The notes: generated by a model from the letters alone, not told the origin. Positions 34,126 through 43,438 are shown, numbered from the stretch's first letter. The stretch is 64,000 nt of DNA from an uncultured delta proteobacterium (GCA_963822965.1 CAWGJT010000005.1:128001-192000), one strand, 5' to 3'. Numbers and translations: made by a program.

Positions 34126-36162
34126 CTAGAGCGCCTTCCGGATGCGCTCGACCAGCACCTCGGGGGTGAAGCCGAAGTGCTTCGCCAGCTCCGACTGGGG
34201 AGCGGACGCGCCGAAGGACGTCATGCCGTGCACGATCCCACGGCGTCCGATCCAGCGCCGGTAGGACTGGGCGTGAGCCGCCTCCACGGCGACCAGCAGC
34301 GCGCCGTCGTCGGGCACCAGCGCATCCTGGTACGCGTCAGGCTGCTGCCCGAAGAGCTCCTGACAGGGCACGGAGACGACCCGGGTCGGAATCCCGTCCT
34401 CCTCGAGCCGAGCGGCGGCGTCGCACGCCAGCCACACCTCGGAGCCGCTCGCCAGGATCACGACGCGCGGCTTGCCGGAGGCTTCGCGCAGGGTGTAGGC
34501 CCCGCGCCAGATCTCGTAGGGATCGAAGCCGGCGGCCCGCTCGATGCCGGGAACCTTCTGCCGGGTGAGGGAGAGCGCGCACGGTCCTTCCGCCTTCTCG
34601 AGAATCCAGGCGTAGGCCATGGCCGTCTCGACGCCGTCCGCCGGGCGGAACACCGTCAGGTGGGGAACCGCGCGCAGGCCGTCCAGCTGCTCCACCGGCT
34701 GGTGGGTCGGGCCGTCCTCTCCCACGAAGATCGAGTCGTGGGTGAAGACGAACATCGAGCGCACGCGCATGAGCGCCGCGAGCCGCAGCGAAGGCCGCAT
34801 GTAGTCGCTGAAGATCAGGAACGTGCCGGAGTACGGAATGAAGGTGCCGTCGAGGGCAATGCCGTTGGTCACGGCCGCCATCGCGTGCTCCCGTACCCCG
34901 AAGTGGAGGTTGCGTCCGGCGAAGGGATCCACGCCCTTGGGCGCCTCACGCCCGACGACCCCGACGTCCGGGACGAGCGGCGGGGCGCCGGAGCCTGCGA
35001 GGTCCGCGGAGCCGCCCACCATGTAGGGCACGTGATTCGCCAGCTTCTCGATCACCACCGCCGAGTGGCTGCGAGTGGGGCTGGCGACGCCCTGCATGCC
35101 CTCGGTGAGCAGCTCTGGGAGATGGGCCGGCAGCTTGCGCTCCCGGGCGGCGTCCCAGGCCTGGGCACGCTCCGGGTGGGCCCTCCGCCAGGCCTCGTGG
35201 CGCGGGTCCAGCTCGGCGCGCGCCTGCCGCAGCTCGCGCCTGCGCTCCTCGAACCAGGTGCTCACGTCGTCGGGCACGAAGAGCTCGCGGTCGACGGGCC
35301 AGCCGACGGCCTCCTTGGCGGCCTTCACGTCTTCGGGCGTCATGGACCAGCCGTGGGCCTTGTGGGTTCCGGCGATGGCCGGGCTGCCCCGGCCGATGAG
35401 CGTGCGCGTCACGATCAGGGACGGCCGCTCGCTCTCCTGGCGCGAGCGCTCGAGCGCCGCGCTGAGACCGTCGAAGTCCTCGCCGTCCACCCGCTCCACG
35501 TGCCAGTGCTGGGCCTCGAAGCGAGCATGGACGTCCTCGCTGAACGAGATGGCGGTGGAGCCGTCGATGGTGACGTGGTTGTCGTCGTAGAGGAACACGA
35601 GGTTGCCGAGCCCGAGGTGCCCGGCCAGGGAGGCCGCCTCCGCGGAGACGCCCTCCATCAGGTCCCCGTCCCCCGCGATGCCGTACACGAAGTGCTCACC
35701 CGGCCCGACCATCTCCGGACCGTCCCCGGCGAGCTTTCCGAAGCGGGCGCGCGCCAGCCGGCCCGCGAGCGCCATCCCGACCGCATGAGCGAAGCCCTGG
35801 CCCAGGGGCCCGGTCGTCACCTCGATCCCCGGGGTGTGGCCGTACTCCGGGTGGCCCGGGGTGCGCGAGCCGAGGCTGCGGAAGCCCTCGATGTCCTCCT
35901 GGGACAGCACGCCATAGAGCCGCAGCAGCGAGTACTGCAGCATGGACGCGTGGCCGTTCGACAGCACGAAGCGGTCGCGAAGCGGCCAGCGGACGTCCTC
36001 GGGATCGAACCGCAGGTGTGCGCTCCACAGCTCGAATGCGGCCCGGGCCAGGCCCATCGGTGCTCCGACGTGGCCGGAGTTCGCACGCGCGACGGCGTCG
36101 ATCGAAAGGAAGCGGATGGTGTTCTCGATGCGCTCTCGGAGCTCTCGAGTGGGCTGGCTCAT
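34126..36162 (-). CDS. tkt: Transketolase
   Basis: ANSGH.GAPMG, RDRFVLSNGH, TTGPLGQG, GDGDLMEG, FGVREHAM, THDSI.VGEDGPTHQP. Confidence 0.96.
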   Translation of the reverse strand: MSQPTRELRERIENTIRFLSIDAVARANSGHVGAPMGLARAAFELWSAHLRFDPEDVRWPLRDRFVLSNGHASMLQYSLLRLYGVLSQEDIEGFRSLGSRTPGHPEYGHTPGIEVTTGPLGQGFAHAVGMALAGRLARARFGKLAGDGPEMVGPGEHFVYGIAGDGDLMEGVSAEAASLAGHLGLGNLVFLYDDNHVTIDGSTAISFSEDVHARFEAQHWHVERVDGEDFDGLSAALERSRQESERPSLIVTRTLIGRGSPAIAGTHKAHGWSMTPEDVKAAKEAVGWPVDRELFVPDDVSTWFEERRRELRQARAELDPRHEAWRRAHPERAQAWDAARERKLPAHLPELLTEGMQGVASPTRSHSAVVIEKLANHVPYMVGGSADLAGSGAPPLVPDVGVVGREAPKGVDPFAGRNLHFGVREHAMAAVTNGIALDGTFIPYSGTFLIFSDYMRPSLRLAALMRVRSMFVFTHDSIFVGEDGPTHQPVEQLDGLRAVPHLTVFRPADGVETAMAYAWILEKAEGPCALSLTRQKVPGIERAAGFDPYEIWRGAYTLREASGKPRVVILASGSEVWLACDAAARLEEDGIPTRVVSVPCQELFGQQPDAYQDALVPDDGALLVAVEAAHAQSYRRWIGRRGIVHGMTSFGASAPQSELAKHFGFTPEVLVERIRKAL

Positions 36163-36382
36163 GGTCGTCTCCGGGGTGTGGGCTTGCGCGGCCGTGGCCT
36201 CGCGCGTGCGCGACCGGACGCCACCGCGGCGCGCCGCACGAGCACGCGCACGGCGCTCCTGCGCTCGGCACTTTACAGCACGGGAACAGCGCAGGGCGAG
36301 CGAACCCACCCGCGCCCCCCGAAGCGGCGCGAACGGCGTTCGCTTCCGCGGCGCCCGGGCTCGGAGCCGCGATGGGGCGGGG

Positions 36383-36877
36383 TCAGGATGCCCGCCGCTT
36401 CTCCGCCGCCGCGTGGCGCATCTGGTTCACGAGATCGAACGTGGAGATGACGCCCACGGCAATGCCGGACTCCACCACCACCACCCGATGCACGCGGTTG
36501 TCGCACAACGCGCCCGCCACCTCCTCGAGACTCGCGTCCGGCGAAACCTGGACGACCTCGGTGGTCATCGCGTCGGAGACCCTGAGCTCCCGCAGGCGGT
36601 CCTGGAAGTCCTCGGGCTGGGCGATCCAGTCGGGGCTCGAGAACTCCACCAGGTCGCGCAGGTAGTTCGCCTCGACGCGCGCCGCTCCGTGCTCCTCGGC
36701 GACCGCCCGCAGCAGGTCGGCGCTGCTGATGACCCCGACCAGCGCACCCTGGTCGTCCACGACCGGGGCGCCGTGGATCTCCTCGGAGACGAACAGCTGG
36801 TGCGCATCGAGCAGGGGCAGGTCCGGCGACACGGTCACCATGTCTTCCTGCATCACGTCACGGGCCTTGGCTGACAT
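36383..36877 (-). CDS. CBS-pair domain protein
   Basis: ARDVM...VTV.PD, I.GAPVVD....LVGVIS..D, V.DAMT..V..V.PD, VHRVVV. Confidence 0.9.
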   Translation of the reverse strand: MSAKARDVMQEDMVTVSPDLPLLDAHQLFVSEEIHGAPVVDDQGALVGVISSADLLRAVAEEHGAARVEANYLRDLVEFSSPDWIAQPEDFQDRLRELRVSDAMTTEVVQVSPDASLEEVAGALCDNRVHRVVVVESGIAVGVISTFDLVNQMRHAAAEKRRAS

Positions 36878-36899
36878 CCTCGTTCGCCTCCTCTTCTCT

Positions 36900-36948
36900 G
36901 TCTCGCGTCTCTTGTCTCGCGTCTCGCGTCTCGCGTCTCGCGTCTCTT
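36900..36948. repeat. Heptamer simple sequence repeat GTCTC(GC/TT) x7 in a pyrimidine-rich tract
   Basis: Four perfect GTCTCGC copies at 36914-36941 flanked by GTCTCTT/GTCTCGC variants. Confidence 0.9.
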
Positions 36949-37122
36949 GCTCTCTCGCTCTCGTCTCCTGGTCTCGCCCTGCGGCTCTGCTCTTTCCCGG
37001 ATCTTCTCTCTCGTTTCTGCGTTTCTCTTCTCTTCTTCGCCGGCCGTCGTCGCGCTCCAAGCTCTGCGCAGATTGGCCGCGCGGCACTCTGGAGTCGACA
37101 CACCACCTCCCCCGCCATCCAG

Positions 37123-37138
37123 TGCACGCGCCGTGCCA
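37123..37138 (-). promoter_or_regulatory. Putative sigma54 -24/-12 promoter for the CBS gene
   Basis: Minus strand TGGCACGGCGCGTGCA, GG-N10-GC. Confidence 0.7.
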
Positions 37139-37276
37139 GCCCGCTGCCGGCGGCATTCCGCGGGCAGCGTCCGATCCGGGGCGGCGAGCCCCTCCTGGGG
37201 ACTCGATGCCCCACCTGTGGGCAGCGACACGCCGGACAGCGACCCGGGCGGTCCGCCTGGAAAGGGTCGGCACCCA

Positions 37277-37292
37277 GGGCACGCGGGTTGCA
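37277..37292 (+). promoter_or_regulatory. Putative sigma54 -24/-12 promoter for the Coq4-like gene
   Basis: GGGCACGCGGGTTGCA, GG-N10-GC, about 40 bp before the ATG. Confidence 0.7.
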
Positions 37293-37330
37293 CTTTCTGC
37301 AGCGGGCGAGCCGTTGTCCAGAGGGTAGCC

Positions 37331-38026
37331 ATGCAGCTCGAGAACGGAATCGCGATGGATCGATCCGACGTCCATCAGGCGCTGGAACGCCTGCTCGAGG
37401 ACGTCGATCGACGTCCGGGGATCGGCCTGCTGGGGCGCGTGCGCAGGACGGCCGAAGGCCTGGCCCTGCTCGCGGCGAGACCCGGGCTGAGCGACGAGAG
37501 CTGCGACCTGCGGGACCTGCGCCGCCTGCCACGCGGCACCTTCGGCCACGAGTACGCCCGCTGGATGACCGAGAACGGCTTCCGGCCCTCCCTCGGCCCT
37601 CCGATCCGACTGCCCTCGCGGCCCGGCCACGACCCCGAGCTCCGCTACCTGCAGGAGCGCATCGTGCAGGTCCACGACCTGTGGCACGTGCTGACGGGAT
37701 ACAACCGAGACGCCGCGGGCGAGCTCGGGCTGCTGGCCTTCACGCTCGGCCAGACCCGCTCGCCGCGATTGGCGGAGGCCCTGATGCGCATCGCCGCACG
37801 CGACGTGGCCGCCTCGTGGCGAGCCCGCCGGAGCCCCTGGAGCCCCCTGCTCCGCTACCTGCGGCGCGCCCATCGGAGCGGAAGACGGGCGCGCTTCCTG
37901 GTCCCGCTGGCCATCGAGGAGGACTGGATCCTGCCCCTCGACGCCGTCCGCCAGCGGCTCCGGATCGAGCCCCTGGAACGCCCCCTGGGCCGCGGGGCCC
38001 TGCCGCCCATCGCCGTGCCCTCCTAG
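37331..38026 (+). CDS. Coq4 family protein
   Basis: L..LP.GTFG.EY..W, HDLWHVLTGY.....GELGLLAF..Q. Confidence 0.82.
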   Translation: MQLENGIAMDRSDVHQALERLLEDVDRRPGIGLLGRVRRTAEGLALLAARPGLSDESCDLRDLRRLPRGTFGHEYARWMTENGFRPSLGPPIRLPSRPGHDPELRYLQERIVQVHDLWHVLTGYNRDAAGELGLLAFTLGQTRSPRLAEALMRIAARDVAASWRARRSPWSPLLRYLRRAHRSGRRARFLVPLAIEEDWILPLDAVRQRLRIEPLERPLGRGALPPIAVPS

Positions 38027-38065
38027 CGGGACAGCAACGGAGGAGGTCTGTCGGCCGGGCTGGAC

Positions 38066-38095
38066 TTGACACATCGCTCGCGCAACGGCGACGCT
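38066..38095 (+). promoter_or_regulatory. Possible sigma70 promoter for the sensor kinase
   Basis: Perfect TTGACA, 18-bp spacer, weak -10 GACGCT. Confidence 0.35.
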
Positions 38096-38105
38096 GCCCG
38101 CCATC

Positions 38106-39956
38106 GTGGACATGCCGTTCCTCTCTACAGACCGCCGCAGGATCCTGGGCCTGACGGTCGCCATCATGGGGCTGCTCGCCCTGGGCGGCATCGCCGTCAC
38201 CATCGGCATGCTCTACCGCACGGCCGTCGATCGCGAGATCCAGGGGCTTTCGAACCTGGCAGCCAGCCGGGCGGCCCTGATCGCCGCGGTCGCACGGGAC
38301 GCGGACCGCGACCACCCGGGCGAGGCCGCCGCCGCCACCGTGGCCCTGCTCGACGACGTGGGCGAGGTCTTCGACGGCTTCGGGCGGACGGGGGAGTTCT
38401 GCCTGGCACAGCGGGAGGGCGATCGGATCGTCTTCCTGATGAGCCGCCGACCCCACCGCTCGGCAGGCCTTCCCGATCCCGTCCCCTGGGACTCGGCGAA
38501 CGCCGAGCCCATGCGGCGGGCCCTGCGCGGGCAGTCGGGATCCATGGTCGGGGCGGACTATCGCGGCGTCTCGGTGATCGCGGCCTACGAGCCCCTGCCG
38601 GCGCTCGGCTGGGGCGTGGTCGTCAAGCTCGACCGCGCCGAGCTGCGAGGGCCCTTCCGGCGGGCCGCGCTGGTGGCGGTCTCGATCGTGGGGGTGCTGC
38701 TCATCGCCTCCGCGGCCTTCCTCCAGCGGATCGAGCTGCCCTTCTTCCGGGACATCGAGCACCGGGCCAGCGCCCGGCTGAAGGAGGAGGCCACCGAGCG
38801 CGAGCACGCCGAGGAGCAGTCGCGCGAAGCCTCCTCGCGCACGCGGGCGATTCTCGACCAGGAGCTCGACGCCATCCTCACCATCGACCCGCACGGCACC
38901 ATCGAATCGGTCAACCGCGCGACGAGCGAGATGTTCGGCTACCCGGAGGAGGAGCTCGTCGGCCGCAACGTCTCCCTCCTCATGCCCTCGCCCTACGTGG
39001 ATCACCACGACGAGTACCTCGCGGCCTACGCGGCCACTCGCCAAGCGAAGATCATCGGCATCGGCCGGGAGGTCCCGTGCCGGCGACAGGACGGCAGCAT
39101 CTTTCCCGGCCACCTGTCGGTGAGCGAGGTCCAGCTCGAGGGTCGAGTGCTCTACACGGGCATCATGCGCGACCTCAGCGAGCGCAAGCAGCAGGAGGCC
39201 GCCCTTCAGCAGGCCGAGAAGCGAGCCCGGGCGGCCGAGGAGCTGGCCTCGGTGGGCACCCTCGTCGCCGGGCTCGCCCACGAGATCGGGACCCCCATGG
39301 GAGTGATCCAGGGACACGCCCGCTTGCTCGAGAAGGCCGTCGAAGGAGACCGGGCCCGCTGGCGGCTCCAGACGATCCAGGAGCAGATCGGGCGCATCTC
39401 CCGGATCATCCAGTCGCTGCTGAACATGGCCCGCCCGAAGGCGAGCGAGCGGATTCCGGTGGCCCTCGAGCCCCTGCTGGAGACGACCCTCTCCTTCCTG
39501 TTCGAGAAGTTCGCCCGCCGGGACGTGCGGCTCGTGCGCGACTTCGAGCCGACGGGCAGCGTCACCGGCGACCCGGAGCGCCTGCAGCAGCTGCTGCTGA
39601 ACCTCTTCCTGAACGCCGTCGACGCCATGCCCGAGGGGGGCGAGCTGCGGGTCGGCCTGCACCCCGACGGCCGGGCGGGAGCCATCCTGACGGTGGCCGA
39701 CACGGGCATCGGGATCGCCCCGGAGAACCGGTCGCGCGTCTTCGAGGCCTTCTACACGAGCAAGGAGGCGGGCAAGGGCAACGGCCTCGGGCTGATGGTC
39801 GCCCACCGCATCGTGTCCGATCACAACGGGACCATCGAGGTGGAGAGCACCCTGGGCGTTGGAACGACGTTTCGAATCCACTTCCCGTGGATGCCCGCCT
39901 ACCCCGTGACCTCCGGGCGACCCCAGGCTGCCCCGATGAAGGGTGGCGGCGCCTAG
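38106..39956 (+). CDS. Membrane sensor histidine kinase with FixL-like heme-PAS domain
   Basis: Two TM segments around a periplasmic domain; PAS NVSLLMP.PY...HDEY...Y......IIGIGREV; H-box LAHEIGTP; N, G1 and G2 boxes. Confidence 0.93.
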   Translation: MDMPFLSTDRRRILGLTVAIMGLLALGGIAVTIGMLYRTAVDREIQGLSNLAASRAALIAAVARDADRDHPGEAAAATVALLDDVGEVFDGFGRTGEFCLAQREGDRIVFLMSRRPHRSAGLPDPVPWDSANAEPMRRALRGQSGSMVGADYRGVSVIAAYEPLPALGWGVVVKLDRAELRGPFRRAALVAVSIVGVLLIASAAFLQRIELPFFRDIEHRASARLKEEATEREHAEEQSREASSRTRAILDQELDAILTIDPHGTIESVNRATSEMFGYPEEELVGRNVSLLMPSPYVDHHDEYLAAYAATRQAKIIGIGREVPCRRQDGSIFPGHLSVSEVQLEGRVLYTGIMRDLSERKQQEAALQQAEKRARAAEELASVGTLVAGLAHEIGTPMGVIQGHARLLEKAVEGDRARWRLQTIQEQIGRISRIIQSLLNMARPKASERIPVALEPLLETTLSFLFEKFARRDVRLVRDFEPTGSVTGDPERLQQLLLNLFLNAVDAMPEGGELRVGLHPDGRAGAILTVADTGIGIAPENRSRVFEAFYTSKEAGKGNGLGLMVAHRIVSDHNGTIEVESTLGVGTTFRIHFPWMPAYPVTSGRPQAAPMKGGGA

Positions 39957-40059
39957 GGGCAATTCGGTACACAAAAGACGATTATGTTCCTTTTTGGCAC
40001 ATTCAGAGGGCCACCCGGCTCCTCTGGGGCCGCTGAACGCCTCCGGAGCGCGCCAGGTC

Positions 40060-40075
40060 CGGCACGCATCCTGCT
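40060..40075 (+). promoter_or_regulatory. Putative sigma54 -24/-12 promoter for the response regulator/USP
   Basis: CGGCACGCATCCTGCT, GG-N10-GC; AT-rich tract at 39960-40005 upstream. Confidence 0.62.
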
Positions 40076-40121
40076 CTGTTCCAAGGCACCGGAATGACCC
40101 AAAGCCTGGGGGATCGAGCCC

Positions 40122-41546
40122 ATGAAGACCCACTGCAAGCTGCTCGTCGTCGACGACGATCTCGCCATGCGCGAGATGCTGACCTCCATGTTCGAGGAGG
40201 AGGGATACGAGACGGCCAGCGCGCCTTCCGCGGATGCCGCCATCGAGCTCTCGGGGGACGAGGAGTTCGACGCCATCCTGAGCGACATCAAGATGCCCGG
40301 ACGGTCGGGGATCGAGCTGGTGTCGGCGCTCCGGGACCTCCGACCCGACACGCCGGTCGTGCTGATGACCGCCTTCGGCAGCATCGACTCGGCCGTGGAG
40401 GCCATGCGGGCGGGCGCCCTCGACTACGTGACGAAGCCCTTCGAGCCCGAGGTCGTGCTGGTCGCCATGGAGCGAGCCCTCGAGCGCCGCGCCCTCGAGC
40501 AGGAGAACCGGCACCTGCGCCGGGCCCTCGACCACACCAGCCAGCTGGGCGAGCTGATCGGAACCAGCCCCGCCATGCGCGAGATCTTCGCGCTCATCCG
40601 GCGCGTGGCCCACAACCGCAGCAGCGTGCTGATCAGCGGCGGCAGCGGAACCGGCAAGGAGGTGGTGGCCCGCACCATCCACTTCCACGGCAACCGGGCC
40701 GACAAGCCCTTCGTTCCCATCAACTGCACGGCGATTCCCGAGGGCCTGCTCGAGAGCGAGCTCTTCGGACATGTGCGCGGCGCCTTCACCGGCGCCCACG
40801 CGAGCAAGCGCGGCCTGGTGGAGCAGGCGAACGGCGGAACCGTCTTCCTCGACGAGATCGGGGACATGCCGCCCGGCCTCCAGAGCAAGCTCCTGCGGGT
40901 GCTGCAGGACCGGGAGATCCGACCGGTGGGCGGTACGCACACCATCCCGGTGGACGTGCGCATCATCGCAGCGACCAACCGAGACCTGCGCACGGAGATC
41001 GATCGCGGCACGTTCCGCGAAGACCTGTACTACCGCCTGAACGTGATCCCCATCCACATCTCGCCGCTGTCCGAGCGCCCGGAGGACATCCCGCCCCTGG
41101 TCGAGGCCTTCCTGGCCCGGCACTCCGACGGGCGACCCCGCCGCGTCTCGGCCGCCGGCATGAAGCAGCTCTGCGGGGCCGAGTGGCGGGGCAACGGCCG
41201 CGAGCTGGAGAACCTGATCGAGCGCGCGCTGGCGCTGACGGACCGGGAGGAGCTGCAGCCCGAGGACCTGCCGCTGGAGCGTCCGAGCGACGCCTTCTGC
41301 GAGGGCTCCATCGCGGGGCGCCTGCACAACGCCGCCGTCAGCCAGCTGACCCTCGAGGAGGTGCAGGATCTGTACATCGACGAGGTGATGGAGCTGCACG
41401 GCGGCAACAAGGTGCACGCCGCCGCTGCACTCGGCATCGACCGCAAGACCCTCTACCGGCGTGCCGAGCGAAGGGCACGTCGGGCCGCACAGCAGAAGCA
41501 GCGGCAACCCCATTCGGAGCTTCCGGCCCAGCCGGCAGGAGGATAG
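40122..41546 (+). CDS. Sigma54-dependent NtrC/AtoC-family response regulator
   Basis: REC (VVDDD, SDIKMP, TKPF), GGSGTGKE, ESELFGH..GAFTGA, FLDEIG, FREDLYYRLNV, Fis-type HTH. Confidence 0.96.
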   Translation: MKTHCKLLVVDDDLAMREMLTSMFEEEGYETASAPSADAAIELSGDEEFDAILSDIKMPGRSGIELVSALRDLRPDTPVVLMTAFGSIDSAVEAMRAGALDYVTKPFEPEVVLVAMERALERRALEQENRHLRRALDHTSQLGELIGTSPAMREIFALIRRVAHNRSSVLISGGSGTGKEVVARTIHFHGNRADKPFVPINCTAIPEGLLESELFGHVRGAFTGAHASKRGLVEQANGGTVFLDEIGDMPPGLQSKLLRVLQDREIRPVGGTHTIPVDVRIIAATNRDLRTEIDRGTFREDLYYRLNVIPIHISPLSERPEDIPPLVEAFLARHSDGRPRRVSAAGMKQLCGAEWRGNGRELENLIERALALTDREELQPEDLPLERPSDAFCEGSIAGRLHNAAVSQLTLEEVQDLYIDEVMELHGGNKVHAAAALGIDRKTLYRRAERRARRAAQQKQRQPHSELPAQPAGG

Positions 41547-41551
41547 GAACG

Positions 41552-42004
41552 ATGAACGGAATCAAGACCGTGATCGTTGCCACGGACTTCTCGGAGAACG
41601 CCCACCAGGCGGTGGACGCCGCCATCCAGGTGGCAAAGACCTTCGGAGCCCGGATCGAGCTCGTGCACGCGTTCCAGACGCCGGTGCCGATCGTCAGCCC
41701 CTACGAGGTGGTGGTCCCCGACGGCTTCCTCGAGCAGGCCCGGGGTGCGGCCGCCGAGAACCTGAAGGCCGTGGCCGAGAAGATCTCTTCCGAGGGGATC
41801 GAGGTGAAGACGCACCTGACCGAGGTCCCGGCCGCGCCCGCCATCGCGCGGCTGGCCGAGGAGCTCGGCGCGGATCTCGTGGTGATGGGTACCCGGGGCA
41901 ACACCGGCCTGAAGCACGTCCTCCTGGGCAGCGTCGCCGAGCGGACGATCCGGCTCGCGCCGTGCAACGTGCTGACCGTCAAGCACAGGGAGAGCCACGA
42001 CTAG
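41552..42004 (+). CDS. Universal stress protein
   Basis: IVATDFSE, ADLVVMGTRG.TGL..VLLGSVAER..R.APC.VLTV. Confidence 0.94.
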   Translation: MNGIKTVIVATDFSENAHQAVDAAIQVAKTFGARIELVHAFQTPVPIVSPYEVVVPDGFLEQARGAAAENLKAVAEKISSEGIEVKTHLTEVPAAPAIARLAEELGADLVVMGTRGNTGLKHVLLGSVAERTIRLAPCNVLTVKHRESHD

Positions 42005-42062
42005 CAGGCCGACCCAGGAGGGGTCGGCTTGCGCCGCTGACGAATCCTGCGGATTCGTCAGC
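42004..42062 (+). other. Two tandem hairpins between usp and the K+ channel gene
   Basis: GCAGGCCGACCC-AGGAG-GGGTCGGCTTGC (42004-42032) and perfect GCTGACGAATCC-TGC-GGATTCGTCAGC (42036-42062). Confidence 0.7.
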
Positions 42063-42166
42063 TAGGAGTGCGATCCGACACGAAGTCTTTGGGTCGCGGG
42101 TCCGCCGCAAAGGGAGCCCAACGGGCTCGCTGAGAGGCGCGCCGCCGCTCGTCCCCGGAGAAGCGC

Positions 42167-43171
42167 TTGGTTCCTGACCGGCGGGTCGCATACGCGTGCC
42201 TCGGGATCGTCCTGATCACCACGGCCGGAACCCTCGGCTACGTGATTCTCGAAGGGGCGAGCTTCGTGGACGCCCTCTTCATGACCGTGATCACGGTCAG
42301 CACGGTCGGCTATCGCGAGGCCTTTCCGCTCTCCCCGCTCGGGCGGGTATTCACCATCGTGCTCATCATCGGCGGGGTCGGCGCCGTGCTGTACTTCCTG
42401 TCGATCCTGGCGGAGTCGGTGCTCGAGGGGCGGCTTCGCGACATCTATCGGAGGCGTGCCATGCTTCGGCGTATCGAGCACATGAAGGGCCACGTGATCG
42501 TCTGCGGCTTCGGGCGCTTCGGTCGCATCGTGGTCGAGGATCTGCGGCGTGCGGGCACCGCCGTGGCGGTGATCGAGCAGGATCCCGCCCTGGAGCTGGA
42601 GCTCGAGGAATCCGGGCTGCCGTACATCATCGGGTCGGCCACCGCGGACGAAGTGCTGGAACGGGCGGGCATCAAGCGGGCCTCGGCCATCGTGGTCGCG
42701 ATCCACTCGGAGTCGGACTGCGTCTTCGTGACCTTGGCGGCCCGGGAGCTCAACCGGGAGATCCTCATCAATGCGCGCAGCGAGTCGGATGCCGCGATTC
42801 GCAGGCTGCGGCGGGCGGGCGCCAACCACGTGGTCTCCCCGCTGAAGATCGGCGGCGCCCGGGCCGCTCTGTCCATCCTGCGGCCCAACGTGGTGGACTT
42901 CCTGGAGCTGTCGTTCGCCGGACAACGCGAGGAGTTCGACCTCGAGGAGATCCGGGTGGAGGCCGGGGCGCCGATCGACGGCTCCCTCGTCGGCGAGCTC
43001 GAGGAAGCCTCGCCCCGGGTGCGCATCGTCGCCCTCAAGCACGGCGCCAACACCCTCCAGATCATCCCCACCCGGGATTCGACCGTGGCTGCCGACGACC
43101 ACCTGGTCGTGATCGGCCCCCGTGATGATTTGATGGCGATGGCCGCCCGCGCGCAGTACCCGGAGGGCTGA
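42167..43171 (+). CDS. Potassium channel protein (2TM pore + RCK/TrkA-N and TrkA-C)
   Basis: DALFMTVITVSTVGY, H.IVCGFGRFG, L.RAGI.RA, IVALK; TTG start uncertain. Confidence 0.9.
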   Translation: MVPDRRVAYACLGIVLITTAGTLGYVILEGASFVDALFMTVITVSTVGYREAFPLSPLGRVFTIVLIIGGVGAVLYFLSILAESVLEGRLRDIYRRRAMLRRIEHMKGHVIVCGFGRFGRIVVEDLRRAGTAVAVIEQDPALELELEESGLPYIIGSATADEVLERAGIKRASAIVVAIHSESDCVFVTLAARELNREILINARSESDAAIRRLRRAGANHVVSPLKIGGARAALSILRPNVVDFLELSFAGQREEFDLEEIRVEAGAPIDGSLVGELEEASPRVRIVALKHGANTLQIIPTRDSTVAADDHLVVIGPRDDLMAMAARAQYPEG

Positions 43172-43340
43172 GCCCCTCCCCTCGCTCCGTGCGCCTGAAT
43201 CGCCTCTCCTCGTGCGCATGCGCGGCCGCGATCTGGCCGCGGGACCCGCCCCGTGCGCACCGGCGCCCCGGACCTGGGGCACCCCGCCTCAAGCCCCGCG
43301 CAGATTGCAGCCAGCCGACGCCATCAGCGCGATTCCAGTC

Positions 43341-43356
43341 TGGAACGCTTCGTGCA
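43341..43356 (+). promoter_or_regulatory. Putative sigma54 -24/-12 promoter for the hemerythrin/diiron operon
   Basis: TGGAACGCTTCGTGCA, GG-N10-GC, about 80 bp before the GTG start. Confidence 0.7.
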
Positions 43357-43438
43357 ACAGGATCGCCGCAAGCCCGGGAGAAGGGTTCTCCGGCAGACTC
43401 GGCGATTCTGCAGTCGACGAGAAGCAGGGAGGCAAGAC

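Noticed and set aside
36878..37110. Arg/Glu-rich N-terminal extension of the CBS protein
   Set aside because: It is a translation of the low-complexity repeat; a good GAGGAGG/GAGG RBS precedes the ATG at 36877
42110..42200. TPP riboswitch (GGGAGCCC...CTGAGA)
   Set aside because: It lacks the GAACCTGAT and GCGxAGGGA elements, and the downstream gene is unrelated to thiamine
43361..43400. ykkC/guanidine riboswitch 3' word AAGCCCGGGAG
   Set aside because: No 5' half of the motif is present; the word lies right at the predicted sigma54 TSS
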